DNA of 52,935 nt, from positions 1 through 52,935 of IMG/VR virus record IMGVR_UViG_3300042868_013143, one strand, 5' to 3'. The notes under the pieces are model-generated. The model was not told the origin of the DNA, did not search any database, and worked only from the letters and a program-made list of their open reading frames with translations. Source of the stretch: a virus (Duplodnaviria; Caudoviricetes). Of this stretch, positions 10,587 through 20,955 are shown one piece after another (the first letter of the stretch is position 1; the number at the start of each line of letters is the position of its first letter). Both the position numbers and the translations under genes were made by a program.

Positions 10587-11942
10587 ATGGAAAATTTACA
10601 AAAAACATTTAATAAAAGAGCTTATATAAATGATTTAATGTCTAAAATGGAGGTGGACAAATTCAATTTTGGAGAAGTAATGACGCCTTTTGATTTAGTG
10701 GAGGAAATGTTGAATTTATTGCCAAATAAAATTTGGGAAAATCCAAATCTTAAATGGTTTGACCCATGTGGTGGAGTAGGTAATTTTCAGGTTATTATAG
10801 TGGAAAGGTTAATGGAGGGTTTGAAAGGCTTTATTCTAAACGAGGAAGATAGGTATAGGCATATATTAGAAAACATGATTTATGTGTGCGAAATTCAAGA
10901 AAAAAACACATCTGTTTTTTTAAATATTTTTAATCCAAATAAACTTTTAAATTTAAATTGTTATAATGGAGATTTTTTATCTGAAGACTTTGACTCATTT
11001 ATGAATAATGTTTGGGGCTTAGAAAAGTTTGATGTATTAATAATGAATAGCCCCTATCAAATATCATCAAATGGAAACCATCATAGAAGCCGACCTCTTT
11101 ATCATCTTTTTATTGAAAAGGGCTTAAGGATATCTGACAAATTAGTTAGTGTAAACCCTAGCAGGTGGATGACAAAATCTATGGGACTGGAAGAGTTTAG
11201 AAAAAATATGCTAAGTAGAAATGATATAAAATTCATAAAAAACCTAAATTTTAAAAATAAGCATAGCATATTTGGAGAGTCGGTGGAAATTAGGGGTGGT
11301 ATACATTTTTTTTTAATTGACAAAGAATATGAAGGAATGGTTAATTACGATGGCGTCCTTTGTAATCTAGGTGATTTTGATATTTTTTTAGATCAGAAAT
11401 TTCACGAGATTGTAAAGAAGTATTGTATTAATAAAAAATCTCTTAGCAATATCTGCGAATCAAATTCTTTGTTTATGAATTTTAATAATAGTAAACTTAG
11501 CAATGAGCCGAGTGAGGGTTATGTAAAATGTTATGTATCAAATCAAAAGGGAGGTATAAAGTATATTAAAGAAGAAGATATTGCAAAAAAGGGTAAAAAA
11601 TTGATAGAGTCCTGGAAAGTATTTACTCCGTTTGCATCTGGTTATGGAGTGAAGTTTAATTACTTTGGTTCTAAAATAATTGGAAAGCCAAGAGAGGTTT
11701 GTTCTAACACATTTTTAACACTAGTAGTAAATTCAGAGCAGGAGGCAGAAAGCCTTGCGTCTTATATGAATACAAGTTTTTGTTGCTTTTTCTTATCTCT
11801 AAGGAAAAAAACTCAAAATATGAATAAGAAGACGCTTCAGTGGATTCCCTTAGTTCCGTTGGATAGACAATGGACAGACGAAGATTTATTTGAGTATTTT
11901 AAATTGAGTTCCGAGGAGGTTGATTTAATTCTAAAAAAATAG
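10587..11942 (+). CDS. Eco57I-like N6-adenine DNA methyltransferase (apparently orphan)
   Basis: GEVMTP, FDPCGGVG (motif I), MNSPY (motif IV), C-terminal specificity region. Confidence 0.85.
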   Translation: MENLQKTFNKRAYINDLMSKMEVDKFNFGEVMTPFDLVEEMLNLLPNKIWENPNLKWFDPCGGVGNFQVIIVERLMEGLKGFILNEEDRYRHILENMIYVCEIQEKNTSVFLNIFNPNKLLNLNCYNGDFLSEDFDSFMNNVWGLEKFDVLIMNSPYQISSNGNHHRSRPLYHLFIEKGLRISDKLVSVNPSRWMTKSMGLEEFRKNMLSRNDIKFIKNLNFKNKHSIFGESVEIRGGIHFFLIDKEYEGMVNYDGVLCNLGDFDIFLDQKFHEIVKKYCINKKSLSNICESNSLFMNFNNSKLSNEPSEGYVKCYVSNQKGGIKYIKEEDIAKKGKKLIESWKVFTPFASGYGVKFNYFGSKIIGKPREVCSNTFLTLVVNSEQEAESLASYMNTSFCCFFLSLRKKTQNMNKKTLQWIPLVPLDRQWTDEDLFEYFKLSSEEVDLILKK

Positions 11943-12011
11943 CTTTATAAATTATCAACAACTTGTTGAAAAAAAAGTTTTTTTCCCTTGATTTTTGTAA
12001 TATAAAATGCT

Positions 12012-12019
12012 TATATTTG
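12012..12019 (+). promoter_or_regulatory. Bacteroidota housekeeping-sigma -7 element upstream of ssb
   Basis: TATATTTG matches TAnnTTTG, with TTG upstream. Confidence 0.65.
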
Positions 12020-12079
12020 TATAAGATTAACAACCAATGTTTAGTAGAGAGTATTTAATTAATTCAAAAAAGTAAAGTT

Positions 12080-12559
12080 ATGGACGGTTTAAATGAAGTA
12101 AAGTTAATTGGAAATGTAGGAAAAGACGTAGAGCTTAGACATTTAGAAAATGACAGAAAAGTCGCAAGAGTTGTATTAGCAACAAATAAGACTTACAAGA
12201 AACAAAATGGTGAAAAAGAAAGCAAGACTGAGTGGCACAATGTAGAATTTTGGGGTGACACAGCACAGTTTTGTGGTAATTATGTGAAAAAAGGTATGTT
12301 ACTATACATCTGCGGAGAGCTTAGAACAGATTCTTATGAAAAAGATGGTGTTAAGCAGTATAGAACAAAAATCGCTGGTTCTGAAATCAAAATTCTTTCA
12401 AACGGAAATTCAGCAACATCAACAACTAGTGTTCCTACTGCTGACTCAACAGAAGCAGCAAGACAGCAAAGTCAACAATATGTAGCAGAGCCTGCAAATA
12501 CAGCAGCAACTAGCGCTTCTTTTGCGTCTAGTGCGGTAGATGAGGATTTGCCATTCTAA
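12080..12559 (+). CDS. ssb: Single-stranded DNA-binding protein
   Basis: LNEVKLIGNVGKD, TEWHNV, acidic tail DEDLPF. Confidence 0.96.
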   Translation: MDGLNEVKLIGNVGKDVELRHLENDRKVARVVLATNKTYKKQNGEKESKTEWHNVEFWGDTAQFCGNYVKKGMLLYICGELRTDSYEKDGVKQYRTKIAGSEIKILSNGNSATSTTSVPTADSTEAARQQSQQYVAEPANTAATSASFASSAVDEDLPF

Positions 12560-12585
12560 TAAAAGCAATTTTGTGTTGTTATTCT

Positions 12586-12612
12586 AAAGCCCACCTAACT
12601 AGGTGGGTTTTG
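12586..12612 (+). terminator. Intrinsic terminator
   Basis: AAAGCCCACCT-AACT-AGGTGGGTTTT. Confidence 0.8.
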
Positions 12613-12649
12613 TTTTTTACTGAATATTTATATAAAAACTCCTTTTTAA

Positions 12650-13093
12650 ATGAAAAATCTTAGAAAGATAATTAGAGAAATGGTCGAGCTCAATATTCAA
12701 GAAGTTGAACTAGAAGAGGCGCAAATAGATGAAGAAAGAATCACCAATAAAGAAGCTGCAGAAAAAGTAAATAATAGAGAAAACTTTGTTGCTTCTCATA
12801 CTTACGGAGAAGATTTGGGAGGGCTTGGTGAAATGTATGTTGCGTATTCTTACGGAGAACAACATCCTCTATATTTGTGGTATAAAGATAGATGGTATTA
12901 TAACAATCAAGACTACATATTAGATGATGGAGAAATAAATATTTGGACTAGAAAACATCTTAAGGATTTAAAACCAAACTCAGAAGTTCAAGCTAGACCA
13001 ACAGCTTTCCTTGAAAAAATAATCAAGAAATTCAAGAATAAACATGGGCTGGGAGACAATACTCACACTGATCTTGAACCAGGGGAAAAATAA
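12650..13093 (+). CDS. LRKIIRE-tagged hypothetical protein (putative head-associated)
   Basis: Begins MKNLRKIIREMVE; TATTTATA at 12625. Confidence 0.7.
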   Translation: MKNLRKIIREMVELNIQEVELEEAQIDEERITNKEAAEKVNNRENFVASHTYGEDLGGLGEMYVAYSYGEQHPLYLWYKDRWYYNNQDYILDDGEINIWTRKHLKDLKPNSEVQARPTAFLEKIIKKFKNKHGLGDNTHTDLEPGEK

Positions 13094-13132
13094 TCTATTG
13101 ATTTTAATAGTTTAATTTTTTATTTTTGCATT

Positions 13133-14560
13133 ATGTTAGAAAGAATTAAGCAATATTTTTTCCCGTTTTTAGTTGCCCTATCTGCCTTTTCTTTGGCGGG
13201 TGCAGCGGCATTCTTTTCTGTTACGGGTTTATCTAAGCTATTTGGGGGTGCTCAAGAAGCTGTTATCATTATGGCTTCTAGTTTAGAGTTTTCTAAGTTG
13301 GTTACAGCATCATTTCTTCATAGGTATTGGAAAACAATAGATTGGAAATTAAAAACCTACTTAACCATAGGTATTGTCACTATTATGTTTATTACAAGTG
13401 CTGGTATTTACGGGTTTTTATCAAGTGCATATTCAGAAACATCAAATAAACTAGATAATATTGATGGGCAAATAGCGTTGGTAGAGCAGAAGAAAAAAAT
13501 CATTCAAGATGATATTACAAGATTGGAATCAAACCAAAAGCTAAAACAAGATAGGGTTCAGTCATTGATTACTTTGAGGAGTCAGCAAGAGGCTAGGGTT
13601 GATAGTTTATATAATAGAGGTAGAGCTAATATAGCAAAGAGAGTTGAGGATCAAATAAATCAATCAAACTCTGAAATAACAAGAGTAACAACAGAGACAG
13701 ATGGTTTAGGTCAAAAAATACAAGTTAAAAATGATGAGATTGCAAAACTAGATACTGAAATATTAGGATTGAAAAATAATGATATAGCAGGAGAAGTTGG
13801 TCCGTTAAAGTATATAGCGAAACTAACTGGGTATAGTATGGATTCTGTTGTAAACTTCTTTATATTACTTTTAATATTTGTTTTTGACCCTATGGCAGTA
13901 TGTTTGGTTATTGCAACGAACATAACACTTGAAAGAGCTGGAGTGAAGTCTTTGGCTGATATTGTCCCAAGAAAAAAAGAGGAAGATGTTGTTATAGAAG
14001 AACAATTTGAAGATAATCAAATTAGCGATTTAGAGAGCGAGTTAGATTCTAATATAGAATTCCTTATGCCTAATGAGGATATTGATAAAAAAGAAGTTGT
14101 TGATGAGCCTGAAACTATGGAAGTGGAAGTGGAGGAACAACCTGTCTTGGAAGTTGAAATAGAAAGCGAAAAAGAAGTAGAAGATAAAATAGAATACAAA
14201 TCTAATGAGGAAGGTGAATTTGTTCAGCAAAATCCAGGTGAGACAATAAGTTCTAGCGAAGCTATTCAAATATTAAATGATATTAAACTACAAGGAATAC
14301 AAACAAATGAGAAATATCAGTTGTTTTTAGATTCTCTTTATATGAATGGAGCTTTAAATGTGGGAGATACATTACCTCCATATTCTCAGTTTGTGGAAGA
14401 TTTAAATTCACGAGGTATTCAGCATGAAGATAAAGAGGTTTTAGATTTCTTGACAATCTGTAATTTATTAAAAGTGACAGATATGAATGGTTCAGACAGA
14501 AGAGTGGCTAAGGAGTATGGTGTTGCCAAAGGTATTTTTAAAGTATTGTCTTCAGAGTAA
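13133..14560 (+). CDS. Multi-pass membrane protein with long coiled coil and acidic C-terminus
   Basis: Three N-terminal hydrophobic helices, heptad region, a further TM segment (FFILLLIFVFDP). Confidence 0.8.
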   Translation: MLERIKQYFFPFLVALSAFSLAGAAAFFSVTGLSKLFGGAQEAVIIMASSLEFSKLVTASFLHRYWKTIDWKLKTYLTIGIVTIMFITSAGIYGFLSSAYSETSNKLDNIDGQIALVEQKKKIIQDDITRLESNQKLKQDRVQSLITLRSQQEARVDSLYNRGRANIAKRVEDQINQSNSEITRVTTETDGLGQKIQVKNDEIAKLDTEILGLKNNDIAGEVGPLKYIAKLTGYSMDSVVNFFILLLIFVFDPMAVCLVIATNITLERAGVKSLADIVPRKKEEDVVIEEQFEDNQISDLESELDSNIEFLMPNEDIDKKEVVDEPETMEVEVEEQPVLEVEIESEKEVEDKIEYKSNEEGEFVQQNPGETISSSEAIQILNDIKLQGIQTNEKYQLFLDSLYMNGALNVGDTLPPYSQFVEDLNSRGIQHEDKEVLDFLTICNLLKVTDMNGSDRRVAKEYGVAKGIFKVLSSE

Positions 14561-14600
14561 AAATATTTAATATTAAGAAATTCCCCATATTTATATAAGT

Positions 14601-14831
14601 ATGGGGAATTTTGCTTTAAGGAAAATAATAAGAGAGATAATATCTGAATATGGAAACATGGCTTTCTATAACGCAGATATATATTCTACAGATGGAACTA
14701 GATTTCCAAAGTATGATAAAGAAAATCCAAATACACCAACTGAAATAGACTTTTGGAATGACTTAGAATTTAAAACAGATGAGGACATTCCTATCTCTGA
14801 AGATGAGGACACATCTGAGTCAGAAGACTAA
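14601..14831 (+). CDS. Small LRKIIRE-tagged protein
   Basis: MGNFALRKIIREIISE; TATTTATA at 14588. Confidence 0.7.
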   Translation: MGNFALRKIIREIISEYGNMAFYNADIYSTDGTRFPKYDKENPNTPTEIDFWNDLEFKTDEDIPISEDEDTSESED

Positions 14832-14896
14832 AAAATTAATTCAATTTTATTAAAAAAACCTTTGCTTTATCCTTTTGCTTGATTATTTATTGTTAA

Positions 14897-15112
14897 ATGC
14901 AAATGAATATGAGAGTCGTGCAAAAGACATTGGAAAAAATAGTCCTTGAGGTCACCTCGAAAGAGATTGACGATGAGGGTTTTGATACTATTTGGGATAA
15001 GGTGAGAAAGGTATACTCTACAGAAAACTATGATATTTCAGCAATCAGAGTAAGTGAAAAAAATGAAGACATTATATTCATAGAATTGATAAATAAAAAA
15101 ATAAAGGATTGA
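14897..15112 (+). CDS. Hypothetical protein
   Basis: 71-aa ORF in gene-dense context. Confidence 0.65.
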   Translation: MQMNMRVVQKTLEKIVLEVTSKEIDDEGFDTIWDKVRKVYSTENYDISAIRVSEKNEDIIFIELINKKIKD

Positions 15113-15169
15113 CCTTGTGTTGATTTTCTAGCGTCAAATCCTTATATTTGTACAATCACAAATTAACAG

Positions 15170-17182
15170 ATGGAAAAACAAAAGCCTTTTGACCATGAGG
15201 ATGATGATGCAGGTCAAGATAAAGTAAAAAAAACAAATAGCCCAACTCCAAATTTAGATAAGTTTGGAAAAGATTTAACAAAGTTGGCAGCAATAGGAAA
15301 ACTGGATCCTGTAATTGGAAGAGAGGATGAAATTGATCAAACGATTGAAATTCTAAATAAGAGGAAAAAGAATAATCCAATTTTAGTTGGTGAACCTGGC
15401 GTAGGAAAGACAGCTATCGCAGAAGGTTTAGCATTAAGAATACATCAAAAAAAAGTTGATAGGTCTTTAGCCAATAAAAAAATTATAGAATTAAATATTA
15501 CTTCTATAGTTTCAGGAACTAAATATCGTGGTGATTTTGAACAGAGGATGGATGAAATAATGAAGGAAGTTCAAAAGAATCCAGATGTTATCATATTCAT
15601 TGATGAAATTCATAATGTAATTGGTGCAGGTAGTGCATCGGGGTCTATGGATGCTGCAAATATTATCAAACCAGCTTTAGCAAGAGGTGAGATGAGATGT
15701 ATAGGAGCAACTACATTAGATGAGTACAAGAAAGTTATAGAAAATGATAGTGCTCTCGAAAGAAGATTCCAAAAGGTTTATATCAATATCCCCACAAAAG
15801 AGGAAACGCATGAGATATTAAATCAGGTAAAAATAAAATATGAAGATTTTCATGGCGTATTTTATTCTGATGAAATATTAAAGAATTGTATAGATGTATC
15901 TGATAGATATATTACGGATAGAAATTTTCCAGACAAAGCATTGGATTTAATGGATGAGGTTGGCGCTAGCGTTAAGCTTCATAAGATTAAAATACCAGAG
16001 TCTATCAAAAAGCTTGAGTCAGAAATGTCTGAAATAGTTGATAGAAAAGAAATAGCTGCAAAAAAACAAGACTATGAAAATGCGGCCATATACAGAGACA
16101 AGCAAAGAAATATCTTAGCTTTAATAGAGCAGGAGAATGTAAAATGGAAAGAGCAATTAAAGCAATCTAGAATTCCTGTTGAAATTGAGGATATTGCAAG
16201 GGTTGTATCAAAGCACACAGGGATTCCATTAAGCAAGCTTACTGATTCCGAAAATGTTAAATTGGTTAAGCTTGATAAGTTTCTAAAAGAGAAAATTATA
16301 GGTCAAAATGAGGCTGTTGAAAAAATTGTTGATGCTATCCATAGATCAAGAATTGGGATACAAGACCCAGATAAACCAATTGCATCATTCTTGTTTTTAG
16401 GTTCTACAGGTGTGGGTAAAACATATTTAGCTAAAACGCTTGCCAAGTTTATGTTTGACACAGAAGAATCATTTATTAGATTTGATATGTCTGAATATAT
16501 GGAGAAAATAAGTGTTAGCAAATTAATAGGTGCTCCTCCAGGGTATGTTGGATATGAAGAAAAAGGTATATTGACTGAGAAAGTTAAAAACAGACCATAT
16601 TCAATTCTTTTGTTTGATGAAATAGAAAAGGCTCACCCAGATTTGTTTAATATATTATTGCAAATATTGGATGAAGGAAAGCTTACAGATTCAGCAGGAA
16701 AAGAAGTTAACTTCAAGAACACCATTATCATATTAACTTCTAATATCGGTACGGAAAAAATATTAACAGAAAAGAGAATGGGTTTCAACACTTCTTCTGC
16801 AGAATATGATGTTACAAGTATGGTGATGAATGAGTTGAAAAAGAAATTTAAGCCAGAGCTAATAAATAGAATAGATGAAAAAGTGGTTTTCAAACCAATA
16901 AATGATGAAGATGTTTTGAGTGTAATTGATTTAGAACTTACAAAGCTTATTAAGAGACTTCAAGAAAAAGGATATAAATTGTCAATAAATATTGCGGTTA
17001 AAAAATTCTTAGCATCAGTTGGATATGATAGAGATTATGGGGCTAGACCTCTCAAAAGAGCAATAACTACTTACATAGAAACTCCAATAGCAAAATTCTT
17101 ATTAATTGAAAACCCTGCGGAAGGCACTACTCTTAAATTGAGTTTAGACAAAAAAGGAAATGTTGTTGTAGTTAAATCATAA
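15170..17182 (+). CDS. clpC: ClpC-like AAA+ chaperone lacking the N-terminal domain
   Basis: Two AAA modules (GEPGVGKT, GSTGVGKT), UVR-like middle domain QDYENAA, MGF ClpP-docking loop, YGARPL. Confidence 0.9.
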   Translation: MEKQKPFDHEDDDAGQDKVKKTNSPTPNLDKFGKDLTKLAAIGKLDPVIGREDEIDQTIEILNKRKKNNPILVGEPGVGKTAIAEGLALRIHQKKVDRSLANKKIIELNITSIVSGTKYRGDFEQRMDEIMKEVQKNPDVIIFIDEIHNVIGAGSASGSMDAANIIKPALARGEMRCIGATTLDEYKKVIENDSALERRFQKVYINIPTKEETHEILNQVKIKYEDFHGVFYSDEILKNCIDVSDRYITDRNFPDKALDLMDEVGASVKLHKIKIPESIKKLESEMSEIVDRKEIAAKKQDYENAAIYRDKQRNILALIEQENVKWKEQLKQSRIPVEIEDIARVVSKHTGIPLSKLTDSENVKLVKLDKFLKEKIIGQNEAVEKIVDAIHRSRIGIQDPDKPIASFLFLGSTGVGKTYLAKTLAKFMFDTEESFIRFDMSEYMEKISVSKLIGAPPGYVGYEEKGILTEKVKNRPYSILLFDEIEKAHPDLFNILLQILDEGKLTDSAGKEVNFKNTIIILTSNIGTEKILTEKRMGFNTSSAEYDVTSMVMNELKKKFKPELINRIDEKVVFKPINDEDVLSVIDLELTKLIKRLQEKGYKLSINIAVKKFLASVGYDRDYGARPLKRAITTYIETPIAKFLLIENPAEGTTLKLSLDKKGNVVVVKS

Positions 17183-17186
17183 TTAT

Positions 17187-17735
17187 ATGGCAGAAGAAAT
17201 TTTAAAAATAGGAAGAGATTCTCAGTTTTACCTAGAAGGTAATTTAATATCAACAAAAGAAGTTGGTGATTTAAATGATTACTTGACTCAGTTATTAGCT
17301 TTTAATACTACTCTAGAAAGTGGTATTACGCTATCTGAATTAGTACACGCTCTGTACGGCTTAAAAAAGTTTGTTAGTGATTATTTTTCAGAAGAATATG
17401 AAGTCGTAAGAGCTTTTTCTACATCAACAAAGCTAGATAGAAAGATGTCAAATATAACTTTCTATAAAAGTTTTAGAGTGGAGTCAGATGATTTTATGGA
17501 TGATGATGAGTATGTGTATATTCTTCCTGAAATAAAAATAGAAGACATAAAAGGTGATGAGGATGGTTTTATCAAACTTGGTGACTTACCTGTAATAATA
17601 GATGAAAACCTGATCTACAAAGGAGATGAGTTCAGTTTTGAGAAAAAGGTAAAATTTACATTACTAGATATAATGACTTGTATATTTGAAGAGGTGGTTT
17701 ATACTGTAAGGGATGGTAAAAATATAGAAGCCTAA
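17187..17735 (+). CDS. Hypothetical acidic protein
   Basis: 182-aa ORF 4 nt after clpC. Confidence 0.75.
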   Translation: MAEEILKIGRDSQFYLEGNLISTKEVGDLNDYLTQLLAFNTTLESGITLSELVHALYGLKKFVSDYFSEEYEVVRAFSTSTKLDRKMSNITFYKSFRVESDDFMDDDEYVYILPEIKIEDIKGDEDGFIKLGDLPVIIDENLIYKGDEFSFEKKVKFTLLDIMTCIFEEVVYTVRDGKNIEA

Positions 17736-17750
17736 AGAAATTTAGGCTTT
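17729..17750. terminator. Bidirectional terminator overlapping both convergent stop codons
   Basis: AAGCCTAAA-GAAA-TTTAGGCTT. Confidence 0.7.
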
Positions 17751-17994
17751 ATTTTTTTATAAATTTTCTGAGCTGAGTCTTAAAAGCTAATCCGACTAAT
17801 TCATTTACATCATCAGGAACAACTTTGTTCTCATGACTTGTACCCTTCTTCCATTCTTCCCCTTCTTCTATTTGACTAAATGAGTAATAATCTAATATTG
17901 TGTTTATTAAATGATTTAAATCTGAAATTTCAGAGTCAAATACGGGACCTTCAGAATCTGTATCCAATAACTCATCTTCTTGATTCTCTTTCAT
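17749..17994 (-). CDS. Hypothetical protein
   Basis: 81-aa ORF with TATTTATA upstream on the minus strand. Confidence 0.65.
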   Translation of the reverse strand: MKENQEDELLDTDSEGPVFDSEISDLNHLINTILDYYSFSQIEEGEEWKKGTSHENKVVPDDVNELVGLAFKTQLRKFIKK

Positions 17995-18076
17995 AGCTTT
18001 TTTTTATAAATATAATTCTTTTTTTGCTAAAAGCAAATTCATGTCGTTTTGATAAAATTTGAGTTTATTTATAGCT

Positions 18077-18433
18077 ATGGAAAGAGATATTATAAAAGAG
18101 ATTTCGGAGTCCAAAAATAGGGATATAGTTATTCATATGGACAATGAAAAGCATTGGTCTGAACATATAAAGTTCTTAAACTCGCTTAAAGAGTCAGACT
18201 TGTTTTATGAGAGAGTGGTTTCTGAACTACCAAAGTCTAGTAAGGGAAATAAGTGTTATCTTTCTTATAATAATAAAATTTATGCTTGGTTGGAAGTTTA
18301 CTCAATTACCAAAAAAGTAAATAATGTAATAATACAAATGTTTCCTTATTTGAATTTCGTATTTCCAAGTTTGGAGAACAACGATTTCAAAGAAGACTTT
18401 AGGTATTTCTACGACAATAAATCAAAACAATAA
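18077..18433 (+). CDS. Hypothetical protein
   Basis: ATG at 18077 preferred over TTG at 18059; TATTTATA just upstream. Confidence 0.65.
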   Translation: MERDIIKEISESKNRDIVIHMDNEKHWSEHIKFLNSLKESDLFYERVVSELPKSSKGNKCYLSYNNKIYAWLEVYSITKKVNNVIIQMFPYLNFVFPSLENNDFKEDFRYFYDNKSKQ

Positions 18434-18472
18434 CTATTTATTTTACTAATAATATTTGATACATTTCAGTTT

Positions 18473-18805
18473 ATGAAATATGTCTATTTAGTAAACATAG
18501 AAGGTACAAGTGTTTATAAGATTGGGTTTACAAAACAATCTCCAGAAAGAAGATTGAAAAATCTACAAACAGGTAATCCATATAAAATGGTATTGGTAGA
18601 TTCATATAAATCGAATATTGCTCCAAACATAGAATCTGTAATGCATAGTTATTTTAAGCATAAAAAAAACAACCCCGAAGAGGGGTTGAAATTATTAGGT
18701 GAATGGTTTATGTTAGACAAAAGTGATATAGAAGCATTTAAGGATACTTGTCAAATGATTGAGGGTAACTTAAAGGCTTTGGGTGATAGCACTATGTTTT
18801 ATTAA
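18473..18805 (+). CDS. T5orf172/MUG113-like GIY-YIG domain protein
   Basis: YVYLV..YKIGFT..RRLKNLQTGNP..E..H..GEWF. Confidence 0.85.
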   Translation: MKYVYLVNIEGTSVYKIGFTKQSPERRLKNLQTGNPYKMVLVDSYKSNIAPNIESVMHSYFKHKKNNPEEGLKLLGEWFMLDKSDIEAFKDTCQMIEGNLKALGDSTMFY

Positions 18806-19233
18806 ATACTATCTTCTTCTCTACCTGTTCCTTCACTGATTTGTGGGTCTGTAGTCTCTGTAGAGTCAGAATTTTGAGGTGCACTTTGTTGTTTTTGAAT
18901 ATTATTAACACCAACGCTATCCTTATTGTCTTTTGCTGACTTAAGAAGATCCATATATTGTTTTGTTTCTGCGTTTTTGTTTATTCCAAGAAGTGCCAAG
19001 TGGTGTGCTAAAATCATACCAAAGAAGATTAAGTCTTCTGTAGAAATTATAAAAACTTGACCTTTAGACCATTTTATTACGGCATTTACAATATCAATTA
19101 ATAGATATACAATTCCTGTTGTAAGTATAGAACCTAATATCAAATAAGAGCTTATTCTAGTTGTTGAAACCTTATTAGAAATGCCAGCTAAAATAGATTT
19201 TTCAACATACTCCCAAAACTTTTTAAATACCAT
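18802..19233 (-). CDS. Two-TM membrane protein (holin-like topology, unproven)
   Basis: SxxR motif, two hydrophobic helices, hydrophilic tail. Confidence 0.55.
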   Translation of the reverse strand: MVFKKFWEYVEKSILAGISNKVSTTRISSYLILGSILTTGIVYLLIDIVNAVIKWSKGQVFIISTEDLIFFGMILAHHLALLGINKNAETKQYMDLLKSAKDNKDSVGVNNIQKQQSAPQNSDSTETTDPQISEGTGREEDSI

Positions 19234-19305
19234 ATCGATTTATTTTAATATTTTTTTTTACTATTATTTACTCTTAAATAAATAACAACTAAAAAAAATA
19301 TTGAT

Positions 19306-19857
19306 ATGAAAAACTTTTTAAGAGATTTGTTTCTGCTGCCAGGAAAGAATGGTGAAAGAAGGTTAGTAAGACATTTTTTTACCAAGAAAATGGTTTGGAC
19401 AAAAGGGTTAGAGCCAAAGTTTGTAGAAAATCCTGAAGTAAAAAAAGTAATGCAAAATACAGAAGATAAAAAAATTGATACTACATCTTTTGCGCATTTT
19501 GAACCTATTAAGAACAGAAGATTTGTTGTCGATTTCCCAGGGATAGATTCTTTTATATTTAAGTCTTATAAGTTTTTGGGAGATGATTTCGTAACACCCA
19601 AAAAACAAGTTTCAGAATTTCATACTTATTTGCCTATAGCGCAAGATGTTGATGTAGATTTTTATTCTAGAAAATCAAAAAAGATTGGAGCTATAAAAAT
19701 TTTAGTATTAGACACTACAGGTCTTGTTATTAGAACTATAGAGTTAGAAAATTGTTATATTGAACATGTTTCTGTGTATGAAGAGTTCGATTATGAAAAA
19801 GACGATTTTCAAATTATGAAATTAAGAGTTTCACATTCACCAAGAAAATTAAGTTAA
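19306..19857 (+). CDS. Hypothetical protein with a tail-tube (gp19)-like C-terminal domain
   Basis: FEPIKNRRFVVDFPGI and beta-rich pattern resemble phage tail tube proteins. Confidence 0.45.
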   Translation: MKNFLRDLFLLPGKNGERRLVRHFFTKKMVWTKGLEPKFVENPEVKKVMQNTEDKKIDTTSFAHFEPIKNRRFVVDFPGIDSFIFKSYKFLGDDFVTPKKQVSEFHTYLPIAQDVDVDFYSRKSKKIGAIKILVLDTTGLVIRTIELENCYIEHVSVYEEFDYEKDDFQIMKLRVSHSPRKLS

Positions 19858-19861
19858 TATT

Positions 19862-19886
19862 AGCCTCTTTTTAGAGGCTTTTTTTT
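19862..19886 (+). terminator. Intrinsic terminator
   Basis: AGCCTCT-TTTT-AGAGGCT plus T run. Confidence 0.8.
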
Positions 19887-19919
19887 GGAAATAACTTTAT
19901 AAAAAACTATCTTTGTGTT

Positions 19920-20909
19920 ATGCAAAATTTAATTTTAGAAGAAAATATTTCTGATAACTATAAGGTTAGAACAGAAGAAAATGTTCGAAACTCAGACTTA
20001 ACATTGGCTATTGCTATTGACTTTGAAAGTTTTGGTGAGAAAATTACCAAGGAGTTAACTGTTAAGGCTAACAAGAAGTATATAGCAGTTTATCCTGATG
20101 GTGATCCAATTGAAAAAGCAGCAAAGATTGTTGCAAAGATGAATGAGTTGAACTTGCCACAAAAATTTATTTTGAATATTGCAGGAAATGGTTTGTCAAT
20201 AATGAAAGGTCAAATACTTCAAAATGAGGCTGATGAGTTTACTTATATCTTGCTAAAGACAATCAGTCAAAATCCAAAATTAAATAGCAAGATAGGGTCT
20301 GTAAGAACGGGCGGTCAATCAGGTTTTGATGAAGCTGGCGCAAAAGCAGCCATCAAGCTTGGGTTTACAACTGTTGTGCATATGCCAAAAGGTTTTAAGA
20401 TGAGAAACCAAGACGGTAAGGATGTAACAATGTCTTATGAGCACGCAAAGCTTAGATTTGAAATTTTAAAATCAAAAATCATATATATTGATATGGACGA
20501 TACAATTTGTGACTATAGTGGTTTGTGGAGTATTTATAAAGAAAAGTTTCCTGGCGTACAATACCCTCAGTCAAAATTTGGATTTTTTTCCAGATTAAAA
20601 CCTATTGAGGGAGCTCTAGAATCTATAAGTTTATTAGAAAAATATTACGATGTTTTTATTCTAACAAGACCCTCTATTAAAAACCTTCATTCGTATTCTG
20701 AAAAAGCGGAGTGGGTAGAAAAATATTTAGGTGAAGAATATTTAGAAAAGTTAATTTTATGTCCTGATAAATCACTAGTAAAAGGAAATTTCTTAATTGA
20801 TGATTATGATAAAAATGGTCAAACAGAATTTGAAGGTGAATTTATTAAATTTAAAACTGAAATGTTTCCTAATTGGGAAAGTGTTGTAAAATATTTAATA
20901 AAAATATAA
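19920..20909 (+). CDS. SLOG (YpsA/MoCo-carrier-like) domain fused to a HAD 5'(3')-deoxyribonucleotidase
   Basis: RTEENVRNSDLTL, LNIAGN, TGGQSGFDEAG; then YIDMDDT...LIDD. Confidence 0.8.
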   Translation: MQNLILEENISDNYKVRTEENVRNSDLTLAIAIDFESFGEKITKELTVKANKKYIAVYPDGDPIEKAAKIVAKMNELNLPQKFILNIAGNGLSIMKGQILQNEADEFTYILLKTISQNPKLNSKIGSVRTGGQSGFDEAGAKAAIKLGFTTVVHMPKGFKMRNQDGKDVTMSYEHAKLRFEILKSKIIYIDMDDTICDYSGLWSIYKEKFPGVQYPQSKFGFFSRLKPIEGALESISLLEKYYDVFILTRPSIKNLHSYSEKAEWVEKYLGEEYLEKLILCPDKSLVKGNFLIDDYDKNGQTEFEGEFIKFKTEMFPNWESVVKYLIKI

Positions 20910-20955
20910 ATTGATATAAAAAATAATTTTTATTATATTTATATATAAAAAAATT

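Noticed and set aside
10587-11942. Complete restriction-modification system
   Set aside because: No adjacent restriction nuclease and no PD-(D/E)xK region recognised; treated as an orphan methyltransferase.
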